A stretch of DNA of 64,000 bases from Scyliorhinus canicula. Taxonomy: Eukaryota. This document shows positions 57,179 through 64,000 of this stretch, piece by piece. The DNA is taken from the NCBI RefSeq assembly GCF_902713615.1, contig NW_024055461.1, positions 1,118,966 to 1,182,965 of the forward strand, given 5' to 3'. Made by a program: the position numbers and the translations under genes. The notes beneath the pieces are model-generated. The model made no database searches. It was not told where the DNA came from and saw only the letters and a program-made list of their open reading frames with translations. Every line of letters starts with the position of its first letter. Position 1 is the stretch's first letter.

Positions 57179-57891
57179 CCTCACTGCACAGAAATAGGTG
57201 ACAGTGTCTGTGACTCGAACGTCACTAACATTCAGAGAGCTGTGTTTGTCTGCTGAAATGAACGGAGCTATGATCCTGTCCTGATCGCTTGTACCGCTCG
57301 CCAGGTGCGGCATGGTTCCATCCGGGTATTGTCTGTACCATTGTAGGATCTGTGCTGCTACTGTGGTGGAACAGGCCAAGGATGCAACATCTCTCTCGGT
57401 AACAACGATTGACACAGGAGACTGTGATACCTCTTCACTGCCAGCAGCATCTGAGATGTAAAAGAACATGATAAATTTAATATCACACAGACCGCGAGAA
57501 TATGATATAGCACAATCAAATACAACATTTTGTTGTATTAGCTGGGCTGGTTTAGCTCACTCGGCTAAATCGCTGGCTTTTAACTGCAGACCAAGCAGTC
57601 CAGCAGCACGGTTCGATTCCCGTACCAGCCTCCCCGGACAGACGCCGGAATGTGGCGACGAGGGGCTTTTCACAGTAACTTCATTGAAGCCTACTCGTGA
57701 CAATAAGCGATTTTCATTTCATTTCAACATGACATAGCAAGATATACAATAGAGGAAACTGTATGTTACTATTACTACAACATGACATATCTGATGTGTG
57801 AAATATTCAGCCAGATATCGTGATCACACTCACACGGAGAGAAGAGTATGAAATTCAGGGAGATAATCACGAAAGTGAAGCTCAGCTTCAT
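57179..57891 (-). CDS. TCR alpha/delta V segment, family C (compact CDR2 region), intact
   Basis: Leader MKLSFTFVIISLNFILFSP 57834-57891, SINE in intron, exon 57179-57450 AAGSEEVSQSP...LAC...LQWYRQ...DTVTYFCAVR; CACAGTG 57172-57178, 23 nt, ACAAAAACA 57140-57148. Confidence 0.88.
57540..57727 (+). mobile_element. Short tRNA-derived SINE within V intron
   Basis: gggctggtttagctcactcggctaaatcgctggc...(atttc)n tail. Confidence 0.8.
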
Positions 57892-59484
57892 GTTGGATCC
57901 TATCGATCTGTGTTAAGTAGCTCTCGGTAGTTTTCAGGACCAGAGACAATGCTGCGACGGCAGCGCTGTTGTATATCAAACTGACCCAACACCAACTGCA
58001 CCGTGCCCGCCCGAGCCGGGTCTCTGGGGCTTATCATCGCAAAGTGAAGCTGTGAAGAAGCTTCAGCATTGGGTGGGGTGTGGGTAGGAGAATGAGCATG
58101 CGCAGAGCACCGCCTATGTGGTGTCAGACTGAGGACACGTGTGACGTTTCCCTGCAGATTTAGTGACGTAGGTCTGTAAACTGTGTGACGTCAGTGGGAC
58201 TGGTTGAAGGGTCAAAAATATCTTTCCCGGAGCTGATCTGAACATCCAGCCCTGAGTTTCAGAGAATTAACAGCTGATCAGAAACACAAAGGACGGGTTA
58301 ACCTGCAGACTGGTTTGATGACGGATCTGCCGGTCGGATCGGATTCTGCAGTGTACTTTTATTGCCGCTGCGTGGTAACAGGTGGGTGGCAGTTTGATTC
58401 GAGTGGCTGATAACGCCGCTGATCGATGTGGTGAATCTGCCCGAGATTCTGTCGAAACTCCAACAGACAGGAGCTCTAAGGCACAGTGCAAAGTACGGGA
58501 CTGTTGTCCACCATAAACTCAGTCTGTGAGTCCTGCTCCTGATCAACTCTTGAGAGTCACTTTCTCCACCCAGAGATACAGAGAGAAGTTTGGCTGCCTG
58601 AGCGGTGCTGTTGGTGTTTTGATTTTTGCCTCGCTGCTGGTCTGCTAACATGAGTAACACAGCACAGGTGAAATCCTGGAACTCCCTCCCTAACAGCACA
58701 TGGACTGCAGCGGTCCAAGAAGGCAGCGTCAAAGGTTAAACTAAAAGCAACTACTTCTTCTTCCGTCTCAACACTTGAGGACAGTAGTCGATAAACATAA
58801 TTTCTATCACTCAGATCAGAAATACATGCTGAAACAGAAAATAATCATGTGTTTAAAATTCCGACAGAAACCATGATTTAAAAATGCGATTAAATGTGTT
58901 TGTTCCCCAATTACCTTCCCAAATGCCCGCCCGCACCAGCCCCATACAATCCAGATACTGGGTGGCTGCATTGTCGCCGTCTTATTTGTAAAGGTTGAAA
59001 TTCGAAGCAACACCTTCTACTCCGCACCATCAAGAATCGGTTGTCTTTCTCAGCATTTTCTCACTCCACTTTCTAGCGTCTCCAATGATGGTTTAAGACA
59101 TCTAGATGGGGAACTGCCCGTCAGTGAATGGGAACATTCCGAGCTGGGATACAGTCAGTACCATATAAGAAGAATCGCTGCATATTTCGATACGGGGTTT
59201 CGATAATGGGTTTGCTGGTCTAGTTATTGTAGGACGGAAACACATGTTTGTGAATTGAGTCAGAAAACATTAAACAGACGCTCGAAAAGTGAATTAACAT
59301 TGGTGGGACTCTGACTTTGGGGTTTGCAATGAAGTGTGCAACCACTGCCTCGTGAAATGTGCTAATTTCCTACAGTCTGTGAACCAATAAAATAAACCAG
59401 TCATACAGACTCTGGGTCCCGGCTTTGATCAAAGGAACCTAGAAGGGGAGAACGGAGATGGAGAAAGATTGGCACAATAATTCA

Positions 59485-59688
59485 TGATGTGGAGATGCCG
59501 GCGTTGGACTGGGGCGAGCACAGTAAGAAGTCTTACAACACCAGGTTAAAGTCCAACAGGTTTGTTTCAAACACGAGTTTTCGGAGCACTGCTCCTTCCT
59601 CAGGTGAATGAGGAAGGAGCTGCGCTCCGAAAGCTCGTGTTTGAAACAAACCTGTTGGACTTTAACCTGGTGTTTAAGACTTATTACT
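59485..59688. mobile_element. Palindromic Penelope-terminus element with hammerhead relics
   Basis: About 78-bp inverted arms around ggtgaa; flanking direct repeat GCACAATAATTCA (59472-59484, 59689-59701). Confidence 0.7.
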
Positions 59689-60005
59689 GCACAATAATTC
59701 AGAGAGAGATGGAAAGATCATAAAAATACTAAATGTGAGTTAACCGTGACCGTTAATTAAGTTGTTAAATTCATATTAGTACAAATGCAAGTTATAAACT
59801 AACGAATATAATTTATACACTTCCTGCTCGCTTGTTCTTATTGAGTGTTGTGTTTGTTTTTGATGTTTTATTAAAGACCCTGTGACCCTGACAGGCTGAG
59901 CAGTTGTGTCTGTCTATCAAGGTGAGAGTGCCCTCTGCTGAGCAATAACTGGAACTCCCAGTGTGAGTTTTTGTACAGGACCCACTATTACTCTGCAGCA
60001 GTGTG

Positions 60006-60440
60006 GGCTTCATGGCACAGAAATACAGGGCGCTGTCGGAGAGATCAGCTCCGGCGATATTTAAAGGAACCGTTTGGTTTTCTTTATGTAAAACAGCCGA
60101 GAACCTTGTTGGCAAATCTGGAGACTTATCTGAAGTGCCTGCGCTATAGATTTTTATTAATTTCCTCGGAGATCCCCCGAGATACTGAATGTACCAGAAC
60201 AGAGTGTTAAAAACAGATGCCGAGTATCTACAATCCAGGTTAATGCTCTGTCCTTCCAGAACCGTTATCTCAGATCGATCCTGGGACACTGAATCTTCAC
60301 CATTTGTTCCTGTAACAAAAGAGAAAATGTACTCAGTATCTGGGAGTGAAGATAACACACTAAACACACGGTGAACATTTAAATATCGACTCACCGGGAA
60401 GCATGGCCATTATTATCAGTAACCAACATGGGGAATACAT
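60006..60440 (-). CDS. TCR alpha/delta V segment, family E, intact
   Basis: Leader MYSPCWLLIIMAMLP 60395-60440, exon 60006-60309 GTNGEDSVSQ...LDCRY...LFWYIQ...RFS...DSALYFCAMK; CACACTG 59999-60005, 24 nt, ACAAAAACT 59966-59974. Confidence 0.9.
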
Positions 60441-61278
60441 GGTGTCTGGATTACAGTTCAACAGATACAAATCTTGTTTGAAATATATTCTGGTATTAAC
60501 ACGGAAATTCAGATCAGTGGAATCTTCACTGACTGGGAGACTGAGAGGCGTTTCCGAGCGACATGATTGGCTGGTCTGTCGAAACTGGTGACAGTTGGGC
60601 ACCAATCAGTGTTCGTTCTGGACTAATGATATCTTCTGAAGTCCTCTTTTTCCGTCTTTCTCTGTCCCTCTAGCTGTCTTTGTCTCAAGCTGTGCCCCAC
60701 TCTGTCGCTCGGCCTCTATGTCTCTGTCTCCCAGTTCTCTGTTTCCGACCCTCTCTCTCACACTTCCTCTGTCTCTTTCTCCCATTTTCCTTGAAGTTCA
60801 GAGTGTAGAAAATCCAACTTTCTCATTTCAAGGAGTTCACAAATGTGTTCAGTTAACAGGACCCTCTACAACAGGTAAAGTATTATGTTCACAGCTCAGG
60901 GTAGGATCAAAATGGAAACAGTTACATTTAGGTCCCAAAATTAAATAGGATATTTGTGTGAATTAGGAGTCATTTTACATTTTTGGATGTGTTGGTAGTT
61001 TAGAGTCGGGATCTCATCGTCATCTCCGTGGATTTATATTGTTTAAAACCAGTTTCTTGAACCAATGTGCCCGAGATATTACACAAGATATTACAACTGG
61101 AATCGCCAGGATTTAAAGTGACGTTGGAATTAGCTCCGTGTATACGTTTATCTTCATTGAAATAAATGCAATAATAACAATATGAAACAAAAATAATGTT
61201 CCATCAACATGCAACAATATCATTCAGTAATTTGAGAATTCTGTGATTTTTCAGGAAAGGGCCATATACCTCAGATCG

Positions 61279-61292
61279 CCACCAGATGGAGC
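61279..61292 (+). promoter_or_regulatory. CTCF-like site
   Basis: CCACCAGATGGAGC, one mismatch to the core consensus. Confidence 0.4.
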
Positions 61293-62489
61293 TCGCTCGT
61301 CGTGTTTTTCTGTTTACTGCACTGGGTACAGGAGTGACAACATGGTGTTTGTGCGGCTGGTCTGGTAATCCAGGACGTCAAATTGCTCTATGAAATGACC
61401 CGTTCCTCATTGCTTTCGCACTTCTCAAAGATTTAGCTGAATACGTGTCATTTTATCTCCCTCTGACTGTTTGAGGTTCTATAATACACTTTCAGTAGTA
61501 TGAGAGCCCCTTTATTGGCCCTAAACTCAATCCGTATGTCGTCAATTGGTCATCTTCCAACATACCATCCATTCCCATGTCTATAATTGATTACCTAACC
61601 AATATAGCCACCCGATCCATTTTATCCCCCTGCCTATCTCTGCCTGAAAATCATGTCAGGAGGAATATTGAGCTGCCATTCCTGTCCTTCTTAATCTGTT
61701 TCTGTAGTAACTATTATTTCACGCTGCTAGGTTCCTATCGGGTGCCCTGAACTGGCCTGTTTTGTTTGGTCTACTCATGATACTGAATTATATCACATGG
61801 CCATTGCCAAAACTTCCTTTTTATTTTCTAGCGTTGGATTCCTTTGTTGTTCAGACTCACCCAATGATTTTCTTCCTTCCATGACCATTTTTGATTGTTC
61901 CACATCTGAATCTTCCCTCCAGGACCCCCGCCCCCTTGCCAAACTACCAGCACTCGCCAAACTCCCGGCTGGAAACCACTTTCCCGCCACCTCCGAGTCA
62001 GCTCTGCCAATAGGGTTGCACATTGTCAGGAATGTTGATGAGGAGTCTGAAAACGAGGGTATAATTCAGTCAAATGTATTATTTTGGAACAAGAGGATGT
62101 CAATGAGGAGGTGGTGGCGCCTTGTGGTATTATCACTGGGTAAGTAAATCAGAAATCCCGGTTTGAATCTTACCAGGGCGGGTGGTGGAATTTAAATTCA
62201 TCAAGATGGTTCTACAGGAGACTGTAAGTTTACAGCAATGTAATTGGCTCTTTTTTTGTAAAATATTTTCATTGGGATTCTTAACATTTAGTAACAAGAT
62301 TTCTACTCAACATGTGACAGAGCCATTGGCAAGAGCACAGAAGAAGAAACTAAGCAACAGCAATTTCATAAACATCTGTACAATAGGTTGATATTTTCCC
62401 TGTGACCCAGGTTCCTGTGCTCTCGTTCCCTTATTTACATTTATATTTACAATAAATGCCAGAACTGTTAACTTTCATAGGGTCACAAA

Positions 62490-62770
62490 ATCTCTACAGT
62501 GCAGAAGGAGGCCATTCAATCCATCGAGTCTGTACCAACCTTTGGATAGAGTAACTTAACCACGTCCTGACCCCATCCCTGTAACTCTACCTAACCGTTT
62601 GGGCATTGAGGGGCAATTTAGCATGGCAAATCCACCGGAAACCGGAGCATCCCGAGGAAACCCACGCAGACACGGGGAGAATGGTCAGACTCCACACAGA
62701 CAGTCAACGATGCCAGAATCGAACCCAGACCCTGGCGTTGCAAGGCAGCAGTGCTAACCACTGTGTCACC
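62490..62770 (-). mobile_element. HE1-related SINE, internally deleted
   Basis: ggaaaccggagcatcccgaggaaacccacgcagacacggggaga...gcagcagtgctaaccac. Confidence 0.7.
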
Positions 62771-62799
62771 CATATTTATATGCCGCCAACATTCTTTAT

Positions 62800-63830
62800 A
62801 TTTCCACTCATTTTGATGGGATGTCCTCTTTCCCTAGTGGGTTTTCGAGGGAGATTCGGACGGTCCACCTCCTCGGTTTTCCAGGTGTGGGAGGGGTCTG
62901 TGTCCAATCCGGTGAGTGGCCTTCCTCCCCATCTCCCCTCTACTGTACGCGAGCTCCCTTTCATCCCAGCGGTACTCCCTGCCCCCCACTCCGATCCCTC
63001 CCTCCACCCTCTCTACCTCCTTCCTTTCCGTCCCATACTTCCTAACTGCTCCCCCTCCCAGTTATTTGTGGGAACTCGCCGTCAAAGAGGTTTGTGAACT
63101 TTTTCGATGTGTCGTGGAATCTCTCCTCAGACCCATTAATCTGGAATTGTATCTTCTCGAGTCTCAGGTACTCGGAAAGGCCTGAGAGCCACTCCGACGC
63201 CTTGGGTTGCGCTACAGACTTCCAACCGAGCAACAGTCTCCCCTGGGTGAGCAATGAGGCGAAGGCCAGTGTGTCAGAGCACCCCCCCCCCCCCCCCCCT
63301 CGGCCCTGTGTAGAGCTCTGGATGTTCAATCACCCCGAAGAACACCACAGATCGGCAAGGCTCCATCACGACCCCTACAACACTGGACATGGTTTCAAAA
63401 AGACTCTGCAGAACGCCCTGAGTCTGGGGCAGGACCAAAACATGTGTGTGTGGTTGTTGCAGATGGGGGCCTCTACAATCATACCACCAAGCTTGAAGTG
63501 ATTCCTCAACTGGTTCCAAGTATTTGTTTTGTGGCCAATACCACCGGGCTCCCCTGTGTGTGTGGGGGGAGGGGGCGCTGAGAGTGGTTGGTGGTGGTGG
63601 TGGTGGGGGGGGGGGGGTCTGTTCGGAGTGGTGTGGTGACCAGCGCTCTAAGAGATGTTCCCGTGCAGGAGGCTTCCTCCATTCGGACACAGTCCACCTC
63701 CGGTTTCCTCCACCACCCCCTTTTAGTTCCATCCTTGTAGGTCCCTCTTCAGCTCCTCCACCAGGCTGGAGAGGTTCCATAAGTTGAGCCTCGGCGAGGT
63801 GTGGGGCACTTGTATCCCAAGCTTCCTGAA
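62800..63830 (-). mobile_element. L1-clade ORF2 C-terminus and 3' UTR, frameshifted
   Basis: ...RMEE.S..., THVLV.PQ...FETMSSVVGVVMEPC...FFGVIEHPEL. Confidence 0.65.
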
Positions 63831-63842
63831 TTTGATTTGGGT

Positions 63843-64000
63843 CACTTAGACCATGAGACCATAAGATATAGGAGCAGAATTAGGCCACTTGGCCCATCGA
63901 GTCTGCTCCGCCATTCAATCATGGCTGATATTTTCTCATCCCCATTCTCCTGCCTTCTCCCCATATCCCCTGATCCCCTTATTAATCAACAACCTATCTA
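63843..64000 (-). mobile_element. CR1 3' end
   Basis: cataagatataggagcagaattaggccacttggcccatcgagtctgctccgccattcaatcatggctga. Confidence 0.7.

Noticed and set aside
57179-57450. Calling the compact V a NAR-TCR or IgNAR V
   Set aside because: Ends in CAVR with a TCR alpha-like framework, is longer than VNAR spacing, and has no adjacent D/J cluster; only a length resemblance is supported.
61793-62147. Overlapping 60-116 aa ORFs with a short internal duplication
   Set aside because: No domain, splice context or homolog in the window; treated as chance ORFs.

Overview
Shark (elasmobranch; inferred from HE1 SINEs) genomic DNA from the V-segment region of a T-cell receptor alpha/delta-type locus, interleaved with a decaying tRNA gene cluster and dense transposon debris. 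I find six V segments with intact leader, V exon and RSS (18.7k-, 21.7k+, 37.1k-, 53.4k-, 57.2k-, 60.0k-), one with a stop at the CDR3 start (44.6k-), and about 17 V pseudogenes/relics. They fall into five sequence families I label A-E. No D, J or C exons are visible. tRNA loci: Pro(TGG) x3, each with an 18-nt intron at the canonical 37/38 site; Asn(GTT) x2; Val(AAC) x2; Val(TAC) x2; Arg(ACG) x2; a Val-body gene with an AAG anticodon; a Thr(CGT) pseudogene. Mobile elements: a 5'-truncated Rex1-type LINE with an open APE+RT frame, two near-identical non-autonomous MULE-like elements, a solo LTR, L1, CR1 and Penelope fragments (some palindromic with hammerhead relics) and many SINEs. About 21-54 kb is an imperfect giant inverted duplication. 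Best leads: the intron-containing tRNA-Pro(UGG), a tRNA-Asn/SINE cassette inserted inside a V exon, 24-nt-spacer RSSs followed by a second heptamer, and a compact V family short in CDR2/C''. Coordinates were hand-counted; repeat boundaries are approximate.
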